This document shows positions 36,362 through 48,332 of a DNA stretch of 64,000 nucleotides, piece by piece. The DNA lies in NCBI RefSeq assembly GCF_006345805.1, contig NC_042998.1:185318001-185382000 (forward strand), in the 5' to 3' direction. The stretch comes from Octopus sinensis (lineage: Eukaryota). Positions within the stretch are counted from its first letter, which is position 1; each line of letters starts with the position of its first letter. Both the position numbers and the translations under genes were made by a program. The notes below the pieces were generated by a model. The model did not search any database and was not told where the DNA came from. It saw only the letters and a list, made by a program, of their open reading frames with translations.

Positions 36362-38990
36362 CTTACTCTTTCACTTGTTTCACTCATTTGACTGCGGCCA
36401 TGCTGGAGCACTGCCTTTAGTCGAGCGAATCGACCCCAGGACTTATTCTTTGTAAGCCTAGTACTTATTCTATCGGTCAATTTTTGCCGAACCCCTTAGT
36501 TACGGGGACGTAAACACACCACCATCGGTTGTCAAGTGATGTTGGGGGGGGGGGACACAGACACACAAACATATCAATTGCACTACGGAGGAACCTCTAG
36601 GTGACTCTGATCATGCTATGATCATCGCCAATCTGGCTCTTGCAGGCAACAAAAACCTGAACCATCTCCAATCTGCTTCCTTCGATTGGAAGAGAGCAGA
36701 TTGGAACCTGTACCACACTGAACTACAGCACCCAAACTGGCGTGAATTCTACAACTCTGGAGATGTGAATACTATACTCCAGAGTATCCTGGACTCAATA
36801 TGGGCAGCATGTGCAGCATCAGTGCCACGTAAACAAAAAAAGAAGAACCGCCCCAAAAGGGCAATTTGGGAAACTTCAGCGGTCCGACTTGCCAGGAGGA
36901 AACGTCGGACTGCTGAACAGGAATACAGGTTGCATAAATCAGACACCAACAGGAAGAAGCGGAATAAATCCTCCAACCATCTCAAGCAAGTAACAAAAAA
37001 AGCAGTGCTTGAATTTGAACAGTGCATAGCAGCCAATCCTGACAGTAAGGTTTTCTGGAAATATGTGCACTCAAAGCAGAGACCTCACTCTCCAGTGGGC
37101 CCTCTTCGCAACCCTCACACAAACCAGATCACTGACGACCCCAAGGAATGCGCAGAACTCATTGCCGAGTGCTATGCAAACATATTCACTGTTGAAAGTC
37201 AAGATGTACCATCTTCACCATCACTAACAGCAAACTCCATAACAACTATGGAATTTACACCTGCAATGCTGCGACGTCACCTTCAAAATAAGCGCAACTA
37301 TGCCTCCCCTGGTCTCGATGGAGTTACATACCTGCTTCTCAAACGTGGCAGGCACTTCCTTTTACACCAGCTTTCTATTTTCTTCCAGTACTGTCTCAAC
37401 AATGGTGCTACTCCGGAGCAGTGGAAAACTGCCAGTGTCATTCCTCTGTTCAAAAAGGGCGACCGCACATCACCTGTCAACTATCGCCCAGTCAGTCTCA
37501 CTAGCTGTATTGCAAAACTGATGGAATCGTGTGTCAGAGAAACACTCTGGAACTTCTGGAGCTCTCACAGTCTCATCCAACCCTCACAATATGGATTTGT
37601 CCCTAACTCCAGCTGCAGTGACCAGCTTGTCGAGTTCCTTGAGGACATTACTCAGATTACTGACAGTGGCTCATGGGTGGATGTTGTCTACCTTGACTTT
37701 GCTAAGGCTTTCAACTCTGTGCCACACAAAAGGCTTATGGTGAAACTCTCTGCAATGGGTGTGGGGGATGACCTTTTTAACTGGTTGAAATCCTTCATCC
37801 TCAGCCGAAAGGAGGTTGTCACAGTTCTAGGACAGCACTCTACACCATATGAGATGTCATCGGGTGTACCACAGGGATCTGTCCTTGGTCCCCTCTTGTT
37901 TGTGGCATACATTAACGACATAGATGCCAATTTAAAGAATGCCACAGTATTGAAATATGCAGACGACATCAAGCTGTACCTTGAAATCAAGAGGACAGAT
38001 CCTGATGTCTACAACTCTTTCCTGCAATCAGACCTAGACACAATGCAGCAATGGATCACAGACTGGCAACTGAAACTGGCTGTGGACAAGTGTACCACCA
38101 TGCATTTTGGGAGAAAAAACCCTGCGTTCACATACTCCCTCCACAACACTGATATCAAGAAATCCTCTTGCAAGCGTGACCTAGGCATCACTGTCAGCAG
38201 TGATTTGCGTTGGACAAAGCATATCTCTAAGATTGTCAGGAAGGCCGAGGGTGTCTTGGCATCACTCAGCAGGTCTTTTGTTAGCCGCTCTCCAGCCATC
38301 TACTTAAAACTGTATACAGCTATGGTACGACCACACTTGGAATTTGCATCATCAGTTTGGAACCCCTATCTTGCACAGAACATTGACCTCCTGGAATCTG
38401 TCCAGAGACGTGCAACCAAACGCATACCCTCCATCAGACACCTACCATATTCTGAGCGCCTTGTTTCCCTGGGCATGGATTCACTGAAGCTCCGGCGTCT
38501 GGCGACAGACTTGGTAAACACCCACAAAGTTATCAACCACCTCACCAACAACAACACTGAACACCTTTTTGATCTCCATGTGTCTAACACACGTGGACAT
38601 GCCTACAAAGTCAGAAAACAATACAGCTCTCATGACTTTCGGAAACATTTTTTCACGCTCAGAGTTGCTGAAGCATGGAATAAACTGCCTGCGTCAGTTG
38701 TTGACTGCCATGACACTGCATCTTTTAAGGCCCTCATGCTTTCCGAAATCCGCCGAAACTACACCTGATTATATATACACTTTAGATGAGTTGTAGTGCA
38801 CCTGAGCACTATACACAATTATTATTATTATTATTATTATTATATACACACACATACATATATACGACGGGCTTCTTTCAGTTTCCGTCTACCAAACCCA
38901 CTCACAAGGCTTTGGTCGGCCCGAGGCTATAGTAGAAGACATTTGCCCAAGGTGTCACGCAGTAGGAATGAACCCGGAACCGTGTGGTTA
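36362..38990 (-). mobile_element. SINE family 2 split by the LINE insertion (36362-36572 plus 38840-38990)
   Basis: The 3' half ends at the internal microsatellite before the LINE and the 5' half resumes after the LINE tail. Confidence 0.85.
36574..38842 (+). mobile_element. CR1/L2-group LINE, 5'-truncated in the endonuclease; ORF2 open for 716 codons (36618-38768)
   Basis: End of APE domain (EPLGDSDH), RT motifs NYRPVSLTS, QYGF, YLDFAKAF, GVPQGSVLGPLLF, YADD, short 3' UTR and (ATT)n tail. Confidence 0.97.
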
Positions 38991-39179
38991 AATAAGTACC
39001 AGTTACGCACCAGGGTCGATATAATCGACTTAATCCCTTTGTCTGTCTTTCTTTGTCCTCTCTGTGTTTAGCCCCTTGTGGGTAGTAAAGAAATAGGTAT
39101 TTCGTCTGCCTTTACGTTGAGTTCAAATTTGCTTTTCATCCTTTCGGGGTCAATAAATTAAGTACCAGATGAAGGCAAG

Positions 39180-39700
39180 ACTTCCACCCGTCCCCCCAAA
39201 ATCCACCCTATAAAACAATTTTTTCGACATTTTCGGCTACGGGGAATACGAATCTGCAAAAAAACTGGCAAAAATCAACATTTCTAAATTACCCCCCACC
39301 TCATTTTCTTCATTTTTAACTTTTTTCGCAATATTTTTTTCAAAATATGCGAAAAAATATGGAGATTATGATTCTGAAAAAAATTTCCAAAAATCTTTGT
39401 GAAATTTTTTTTTTTTTTCTGAATTTGTGAAAAAATACAGACATCATGATTCGGACAAAAATTCCAAACATTTCTGTACTTACAGTTACGGTTTTAGGAG
39501 TGGGTTAGGGTTAGGGCTTTAGGGTTAATGTTGGGGGAAATTCTAAATTGAAGAAGTTGGGGAGGAAAGGGGGGAAAAAATTTCACAATGCCGATTTTTG
39601 GCAATTTTCAGGAATCTCCGTATCTGAAAACGGGGATTTTTGGCAAAAAAAATTACAAAAATAAACAAATTTGTGAGAAAATGAGAGTGGGGGACGAGCG
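39180..39700. mobile_element. Unclassified repeat containing a short degenerate TTAGGG run (39503-39526)
   Basis: Low-complexity A/T tracts with GGGTTAGGGTTAGGGCTTTAGGGTT; no ORF; ends not defined. Confidence 0.35.
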
Positions 39701-39919
39701 GAAGTCCTTCCCAGTTGAACACTGGGGTGGATGTAATCGACTTATCTCCTCCCCGAACTTGTTAGTCTTGTGCCAAAATTTGAAAACATTATAGTTGTTG
39801 TTGTTGTTATTCGTTAGCATGCTGGGCAAAATGCTCCCCTTACAGCTTCTAGGTAGATACAGACAGTCAACATCTGCCTTAGGATGGTGCATATTAGATG
39901 TCAATAATTTCCTAAAAGG

Positions 39920-40325
39920 TGGCAAGCTGGCAGAATCGCTAGCATACCAGTAAAATGCTTAGCTGCATTTCATCTGTTCTGAGTTCAAATTCTGCCAAAG
40001 TCAACTTTACCTTCCGTTTTTTTGGGGTTTTTTTCAGGGTCGATAAAACAAGTATCACTTGAGCACTGGGGTCAATGTAATCGACTTAACTCCTTTTCCG
40101 AAATTGCTGGCCATATACCAAAACTTGAAACCATTATTATTATCTATATTATTGGCTCATAAAAAGCACCCACTACACTCTGGGTTAGGAAGGGCATCCA
40201 GCTGTAGAAACACTGCCAGATTAGACTGGAGTCTGCTGCAGCCTCCTGGCTTCCCTGACCCCAGTCGAACCGTCCAACCCATGCTAGTATGGAAAACGAA
40301 CGTTAAACGATGATGATGATGATGA
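39920..40325 (+). mobile_element. Old family-3 SINE followed by a family-1 SINE
   Basis: Meta-like core at about 40000-40060; family-1 body at 40160-40325. Confidence 0.8.
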
Positions 40326-41089
40326 TGTTACTTTGTTTTATTCAAACTGTGCCAAGTTTCATCACCCTGAGACCTCAAGTAACAGTAAGCTGGGTGTTTT
40401 ACTGTGGTCTGTGTTACTTATGATTAGTAATGAGATAGTATATGTGAAGAAAGGCCAGATTCTGGTTGAGCATAGTAGACTAGCTCCCTCCCCAAAATTT
40501 CAGTTCTTGTGTCTATAGCAGAAAGGATTATTATTATTAAAGCAACAAGCTATCAGAATCATTAGTGCATCATACAAAATGCTTAGCAACATTTCTTCCA
40601 ACTCTTTACATTCTGAGTTCAAATCCTGCCAAGGTCAGCTTTGCCTTTCGTCCTTTCAGGGGCAATAAAATTACATACCAGTCAAATACTGGAGTCAATG
40701 GTATGATCTAAACTCTTCTTGCTAAAGTTGCTGGCCTTGTACCAAATTTCGGAACATTTATTATTATTATTACAAATGTCATTTCATAGAAAGCACAAGA
40801 TTAATTTTTGCAGATGATATTTGATTGAATTTATCCCAGTAGTTTTGTTATTAGTTCCAAGTCAGCCTTGACTGAGTAGATGTCTGATTGAAGAATTCCA
40901 ATCAAAACCCATTCTGTTTCCTCTAAAAACAAAGCATATAGGACTACATAAACTTTTTTTTTTTTTTGGAACTGTAGGTTTTGGTTGAGAGGCGATTTAA
41001 CTTCTGTTTCCAGCAGGTTGGGCAATGAAGTAGAGGCTTTCTTTGTTAGCTGCAGACTACTCCATTTCTTGGTATTAACATCAGTTCTA

Positions 41090-41640
41090 CTTACTTGTAC
41101 TTGTGCCGACATTTACCCTGGGTGAGTTGAGTCGGCTTCTACCTCCCTCGAGGCATCTCGAACCATGGATGCCAATGCACAACGGTCCTGCACTAGTTCA
41201 CTGGAGATAGTGAGCCAGCCACGGTTCCATCGGTGCAGGCCAACAACCTGCAGACCCGTAAGCACAGAGAGGTCCTCCTTGATTGTCGTAGCCCAGGTCT
41301 TCAGCTGCCCGCCCGCGTGTTTCCGCCAGTTACGAAGTGGCGTTGGGAGAAGGACATCACGGCTCAGTTCACCCACCCGACACTACATGCACCTCAAGCA
41401 CTGTTGCAGAAGGACAGATAGAAGTGGCCGCAGAAACAGGCGAAGTTGGAGATTGGTGGTGGGAACTCGATCCCCCCGACGGCACCGAAGAATGCACCGG
41501 AGGCAGTCATTGTCGAAGACTTCCAGCCCTTGTTGATCGACCACCCACATAGGCCACATTTCACAGCCATAGAGAAGTACTGTATGAACGACGGCCTGAT
41601 ATATTCGCCCTTTGGTCACCAATCATCAGTTCAGAACTAA
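41090..41640 (-). mobile_element. RTE-clade LINE 3' fragment with (CAAGTA)n tail
   Basis: TKGRIYQAVV..VLLYGCE.W....LEVFDNDCLRCIL; related to 52124-52487. Confidence 0.88.
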
Positions 41641-42118
41641 CTGGACAGTTGTATGATCAAAGGTATTGCAAATGGGACCACTCTGGATTTTTGTGTCACT
41701 AGGATAACATTTGCTAATATATCTTTCTTTCTTCAAGACAAGTCGTTTTAGGGAGATTTGACTGCTATTTGAGCTGATCGAGTAACCATGTACAGACTCC
41801 TTCATTCCAGTTATATATTAATGGTAATAAAATCCTTGAGTTTATTGGTTGCTGTGTGAAATGAAAAACATTTTTTTTTAGGGCTTAAAGGGTTTGTGCC
41901 CAAAACATCAAATTCTTCTACTCCTCACTGCAACCAAACATACTGACAACATCTATATTCTTTGAATTTTATCACCAAATTTTATTTTTATATCACTGGG
42001 TGTTACTTTACCTACATCTTCATATACTGAAATATCAAGTTCTAGGGCCTACATTCAGGATAACACGTACTAGATTAAACCAGAAAGAGAGAGAGAGACA
42101 AGTGAAATGGCATAAATA

Positions 42119-42630
42119 CCATAAATCCTCGAGTATAATCTGCATTTTTTTCCCAAAATTTAAAGGTCAAATTCCCTAGAGCATATTATATACGAGGTTA
42201 AAAATGAAAACTATTTTCTAAGCAGTGTCTAAGTCTCTATATGCTGTCTGGCTATGTTTATTCAGACGCATTTTGTGATGTAGGGTGCGAAAATACCTTA
42301 AGCTAAGCCTGAAAGCAATGAAGCCATAAAAGAATCGTCCATAACTTGCAGTAAACAACATTTATTAAACGTTATTACTGTTATTTCTTTATTTTCTGCA
42401 AACAAAATGCACAAAAAAGCTACACATTTGCATTATGTTATATATGCAATAATAATAAAGGACGTTACCGTATACATTTTTACAAACCAAGGACGTTATA
42501 TAGACCTCCTTGACTCAAGTTAGAGAAGGGGTGCGTATTATACACAAGGTTTAGGTTTTTCAGAGGTACAGCCCCCTAAAAATCCCCTGCGTATTATACT
42601 TAAGGGCGGACTATACTCGAAGATTAACAG
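42119..42630. mobile_element. Tc2/pogo-like MITE (second copy, inverted relative to 6518-7038)
   Basis: Same TIRs, TA flanks, interior reverse-complementary to the first copy. Confidence 0.85.
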
Positions 42631-43275
42631 TATTACAAAAATATTGCTAGTAACCATGCAGGTGATGGTTTAAGTGAACAATTTTACTATTGTATTACTT
42701 TTCTTTGCTTTTAACATGATCACCTTCCAAAAGCTGTATGGCTTGGGCTAGGGTGCTGGCCTCACTATCCTAAGGTTGTGGTCTCAACTGTTTGTCCAAT
42801 GCCACACTGTATCCTTCTGCAAGGCACTTTATTTCAGGTTACCCTAGTTTACTCAACTGAAACTGAGTATCAGCTGAATACTGGTGCAAGCCTCCTCTAT
42901 CTCTCAGGCTGTCACATCTTCAATGTTTCACTGGATCAAAAGTGGATACATCAAAAGTCTCCATGTTTGCTAGCAACTACACTGTCATAGGCAGTGCACA
43001 ATGCTTTTGCGCCCTTCAGAATTAATAAAATGGCCCGTCTGAGACAAGGTGACCAAAATTATACACCTAGATAAGACCTTCCACAAAACCCCAAACCAGT
43101 TCACTTAAAAGAACATTTTCTATGGTTACTATCTCCAAAATTGTAGTTGAGCCTTTTGATCCCTAATAATAATAATGAGCTACAAAATTCCTCCCAAATT
43201 CTCATTCCTGAAGTCTTCAATAAACCCAAACTCACAGGGCAACCAGCCCTAAGTGTCTCTTACCGTCAGACTGTA

Positions 43276-43482
43276 CAAGGGGGTGCTGGAAAGTTCCTGG
43301 CTTTAAGGGTATCACAGAAGGCCTGGTTGGAGGCCCAACCTTCTGAGTTCTTTCACAGAGCTTATTAAAACTGAAGGACCGCTGCAATAAGTGTGAATCT
43401 TAGGTTAGGATTGAATAAAATCATAACTGATCTTCCTGTATTTTCTTTTACCCAAAGCCAAGAATTTTTCAGCACCCCCTTG
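43276..43482. mobile_element. Mariner-type MITE
   Basis: TIRs CAAGGGGGTGCTG(G/A)AAA with TA flanks; a single end recurs at about 13275. Confidence 0.85.
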
Positions 43483-44046
43483 TACATCCCAAAGGTCTCT
43501 GTATCTAATTTGCAAAATCATTTCAGTCCATCCTTTAAGACAAGTAATATCTGTGACCTTACTATCCTCCTATCAATATCACTATCCCAAAAGCGATGAT
43601 TGTAAGTAACCATCTTCACTTTGAGTTTCCTTATTCTCAGTGACTATCAGTATAATTTCCATAAAGTCAGATATAGAGATTAGACATCTAGTCAGTCCAC
43701 TGAGTCTCTTACTATCATCCCTAGTAATCCCACTGGCTCCAGAATTGAGAGGGCATTAACTCTGGCTAGGACTCATTTAATTAGATTTATCTCAGTCACC
43801 AAAGAGATTTGCATTTAGTCATGACAATTCATGAAGAATTCTGAAATTGAGAGACTTATCGAATCAAAATTTCAGTCTCCTGCATACATCCAACTCTAAT
43901 AATTTTTAGATGAGTCAGTTATGTTCCTGGCAGAGCTTCCACATGTAAAACTAGTTTAGATTTAAAACAAAAATAAACTTTATATTTTTATACCTATATC
44001 AGAATTAAAAGATAAAATATACTTAGAAATAAGTATCTACACTAAG

Positions 44047-44408
44047 TGCCGGTGGCACGTAAAAAGCACCAACCAATCGTGGCCATTGCCAGCCTACCCT
44101 GGCACCTGTGCCAGAGGCACATAAAAAGCACCACCTTGACTGGCTTCCATGTTGGTGGCACATAAAAACCACCAACCGATCGTGGCCATTGCCAGCCTCC
44201 CCTGGCACCTGTGCTGGTGGCACATAAAAAGCACTCACTACACTCACAGAGTGGTTGGCGTTAGGAAGGGCATCCAGCTGAAGAAACACTGTCAGATCAG
44301 ACTGGAGCCTGCTGCAGCCTCCTGGCTTCCCAGACCCCGGTCGAACCATCCAACCCATGCTAGCATGGAAAACGGACATTAAACGATGGTGATGATGATG
44401 GTGATAAT
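44047..44408 (+). mobile_element. SINE family 1, subfamily B
   Basis: 4 modules, body and tail. Confidence 0.9.
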
Positions 44409-45483
44409 GACTAAGAGATTCAAATGACTTGGTAGCAAGAGAGGTCATTCATCCTAAGAAAACCAGACAGAAAGCTAGATTTAGCAGTTTCTTAGCACAC
44501 AATTGTTTATCCCAACATCAGCTTGGTCGAGTATATCTAGGGTTGAAGCCATTCCTAACATGATCAGCCATCGTTCTGGACTACATTATCCAACATCTAC
44601 TACCTTTAAAACAATAAAATGTAGTGTAAAGAAAATTTGATGGCTATTTTTAGCAGATTGAGTAACTATGAAATGACTCCCTCCATGACATAAGACCTAA
44701 CTGCAATTAGTAAGTTCGCTGAGCACATATGAATTAGAACTGTCGACTACATATCAAACAAATTCATTTCCGAAGTGATATTGAAATACTGTGCTCAGTT
44801 ACTAATTAGCACTTTGGTCTTTGGACTCCAGAATACCCTTCTGGATTTGGAAATATTTCCACACATCCTCAATAGACATACAAGGAAAAATTAATATCGT
44901 AAGTGGATTCATCATGTAATGTTCATTTTTCTATGTTTGCAGGTGTCAGAATTTTTTTAAGTAGATTTTCTATGGTCAAATATCCTGCCACACACACGCA
45001 CACAATAGGTTTTTTTTCAGTGTCTATGTACCAAATCCACACACAACAAGGCTTTGGTTAGCCTGGGTCTCTAGAAGACACTTATCCAAGGTATCATGCT
45101 GTGGAACTAAACCTGAAAACACCTGGTTGGGAAGCAAGCTTCTTAACCATGGAGCCATGCTTAGAGGAATGTAGTCAGTGCCTATCAGCCTGGGGTTGGA
45201 GGGGCTCCCATTCGTTGAGATGAATTTTGTAGACGTTCAGCTTGAAATTCAGGCAAATTTAATAAGTGAAGGAAAAAAATATAGGAGGGAGGGAAGAATT
45301 TCAGATGACTGCAGATCCAGGGAAGAATGAATGGGTGAATTGTTCAGCATGAAGTGAAAGATAATAGGGATGACAAATGGAGGAATAGCCGGTGCATTAC
45401 ATAAGCAAAGGTAGAAGTAATGTGCAGCTGGATAGTTCAAAAACAATAGAAGAAACAGAAGCAGGAAGATATGCAGAAGTGTA

Positions 45484-45893
45484 CAGGCGCAGGAGTGGCT
45501 GTGTGGTAAGTAGCTTGCTAACCAACCACATGGTTTCGGGTTCAGTCCCACTGCGTGGCATCTTGGGCAAGTGTCTTCTGCTATAGCCTCGGACCAACCA
45601 AAGCCTTGTGAGTGGATTTGGTAGACGGAAACTGAAAGAAGCCTGTCGTATATATGTATATATATATGTATGTGTGTGTATATGTTTGTGTGCCTGTGTT
45701 TGTCCCCCACAACATCGCTCGACAACCAATGCTGGTGTGTTTACGTCCCCGTCACTTAGCGGTTCGGCAAAAGAGACCGATAGAATAAGTACTGGGCTTA
45801 CAAAGAATAAGTCCCGGGGTCGATTTGCTCGACCAAAGGCGGTGCTCCAGCATGGCTGCAGTCAAATGACTGAAACAAGTAAAAGAGTAAACA
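45484..45893 (+). mobile_element. SINE family 2, full length
   Basis: Head, core and tail. Confidence 0.92.
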
Positions 45894-46661
45894 AGTATGT
45901 GGGCAGCAAGTAGTTATAATGGGAAAGTAAGCATGTCTGACAATCAACCAGATGTTTTAGTTGGATTTTGTAAAAGTCAGAACAGACACAAGCTATCTTG
46001 CCCAGTACTAACAGTTCTGCCAATCCACTGCCCTGGATTGGTATTTTTGTCAACACAGAAAGAATGAAAGGCAAAGTTTACCTTAGTAGTTAAACTTCTT
46101 GAAGCACTGGCAATTACCTAATGCCTTATCTTTACTAACTTGTCATTTTATTATCCAGTAATGTTCATCATCATTCAGCATCTGCTTTCCATACTTGCAT
46201 GAGTTAGATGGTTTGACTGAAATTGGTAAGCTGCACAGGTTCCAGTCTGATTTGCCATAGTTTCTATGGCTAGATGCCCTTCCTAGTGCCAACCACTCCA
46301 AGTGTGTAATGGGTGCTTTTTATGTGCCTCTGGTTCAAGGTGCCAGTTACATGGCACTGGTATCAACCACAACTATGATTTCACTTGGCTTGACGAGTCT
46401 TCTCAAGCAGAGCATATCACCAAAGGTCTCAATCACTTATTCACCTGGGTCTATAGAAGGCACTTATCCAAGGTGTCATGCTGTGGAACTAAACCTGAAA
46501 TCACTTGGTTGGGAAGCAAGGTTCTTAACCATGGAGCCATGCTTAGAGGAGTGTAGTCAGTGCCTATCATTATATATATTATACTGCAATGAAGTCCAAC
46601 ATTATATATATTATACTGCAATGAGTTGGTGAGAGACTGCAAAGTTAAAAACAGGTAGTAA

Positions 46662-46895
46662 GGTAGCGAGCTGGCAGAAACGTTAGCACGTCGGGCGAGA
46701 TGCTTAGCGGTATTTCGTCTGCCATTACGTTGTGAGTTCAAATTCCGCCGAGGTCAACTTTGCCTTTCATCCTTTCGGGGTCGATAAATTAAGTACCAGT
46801 TAGGCACTGGGGTTGATGTAATCTACTTAATACCTTTGTCTGTCCTTGTTTGTCCCCTCTATGTTTAGCCCCTTGTGGGTAATAAAGAAATAGGT
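46662..46895 (+). mobile_element. SINE family 3, full length
   Basis: Head to tail. Confidence 0.92.
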
Positions 46896-46949
46896 AGTAA
46901 GTTTGAATGCCTTCGCTGTGTGCTTTTCATGCAAAAGAAGGAAGTAGTG

Positions 46950-48194
46950 CAAGATTGTTTTTGTGATATGAGAAGTGATTCATGTCTTGATCTGGTTGAA
47001 GCAACAACAATGATGGCAGCAGCAGCAGAAATCAAATCAAAGGTAAAAGAGGAAAAGAAAGGGAAATATTGAAGCAGGATTTTCAATAGTGATTTTATTA
47101 GCTTTAAGTGAAGTTAACAGAGTATTACAGAAATTATGTACAGAAGTTCCAAAGAAGATTGAATTGTTTTTGGTCTGTTGATTATAAAATGATTCTTGAA
47201 TGCTTGTTCTGAAGAAACCTACAAGCTGTTTGTCCTCTAATTACCCATTTTACCTTTAAACAAAGGTAAACAGTGCATGCACCTAATATTTCAGCAAAAT
47301 TTGGTCAAATAAATTTGGGACAAAAATATAAAAAAAAGAAAATAATAGTAAAATAAAAAATATACACATTTAAAGTAAAATGTTCCAGTTGTGTGTTTAA
47401 ATAAGCATTAAAAAAATATTCCATGAGAAATCATAGGAAGGCAAAACAGTCAGAAAGCCAACACAACTCTGTTTAAAAATGAATGAAACAACACAAGCAT
47501 ATGAAAAATTAACAATTAAATATTAATAAAACTGTAATATATTTTTTAAATCAGTATTTCATAATGGACTCATCATCATCATTATTATCATTAATATTAT
47601 TTATCATCATTTTAGACTTTCTCTGTTTACTGGTAAATGGATCATTTGTTTTATTGGAGTATGGAGAACAGCTTTGTTTCCCGTTTCAAGACTTGAAAAT
47701 CTATAAATAATAGCCTAAAAAAAATATCTTGTGTCTTTTAATTTGTTAATCTTTCAAACACTGAAACTAGAAAACTAAAAGCTACACTGCTGCCGTGAAA
47801 TGATCTGGGAAAGGCTTCGTAGCTTCGACATACAAAGGAATGCTTATTACAATCCTTCCCTAATGATTGCTGTATTGAATGCATTGGTGTAACTGTTAGT
47901 GTTGTCTTGGGCTTTTTTTCATGTTTTACAAACTTCGTCGATGAAATAGATTCATGAGATTTAAAGAAATTCATCACATATGATGCATAAAGTATCACAT
48001 ATAAAAAAAGCATTGCTTTTTCTAAGAATTATCTCAGTAATATTCTTGGAAATATACTGGGGCACAACAGTGATGAGACGAACAGCTGAGATGTTAACAA
48101 AAGGAGTTGAAAAAAAAAAAAAAACACAAACCCCAAAAGCCTGTAGTTATTGGGTTTATAAAACTGACATCAACACTTGTACATCAAAATATAT
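46950..48194 (-). other. SEC63: Probable SEC63 3' UTR
   Basis: Repeat-free AT-rich stretch after the stop; AATAAA on the minus strand at about 47649-47654 and 47094-47099. Confidence 0.5.
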
Positions 48195-48332
48195 TTATTC
48201 AGAATCAGATTCTTCATTGTCTGTAGAATAGTCAGAATCTCCACTAGCCTCCTCTTCCTTCTTATCATCGTCATCATCAGAAATTTCCCATTGTGGGTGG
48301 TCCTCAATTATCTTTGCTTGTTTTACGTCAAG
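48195..48332 (-). CDS. SEC63: SEC63 last coding exon LDVKQAKIIEDHPQWEIS...SDSE*
   Basis: Acceptor TATTCAG, TAA at 48195-48197. Confidence 0.93.
   Translation of the reverse strand, partial: LDVKQAKIIEDHPQWEISDDDDDKKEEEASGDSDYSTDNEESDSE

Noticed and set aside
36749-38590. Antisense and alternative-frame ORFs over the LINE
   Set aside because: Shadow ORFs of the LINE ORF2 with no independent motifs.
39503-39526. True telomere
   Set aside because: Only three to four imperfect units, embedded in other sequence between genes.
12337-45729. Recurrent ORFs such as [12 protein letters not shown]..., MAAPGFNLD..., MVLFTCHRH...
   Set aside because: Translations of SINE families 1 and 2; they repeat with frameshifts in every copy.
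46875-47072. 65-aa plus-strand ORF with a poly-Ala stretch
   Set aside because: Starts in a SINE tail and runs through a (GCA)n microsatellite antisense to the SEC63 3' region; no homology recognised.
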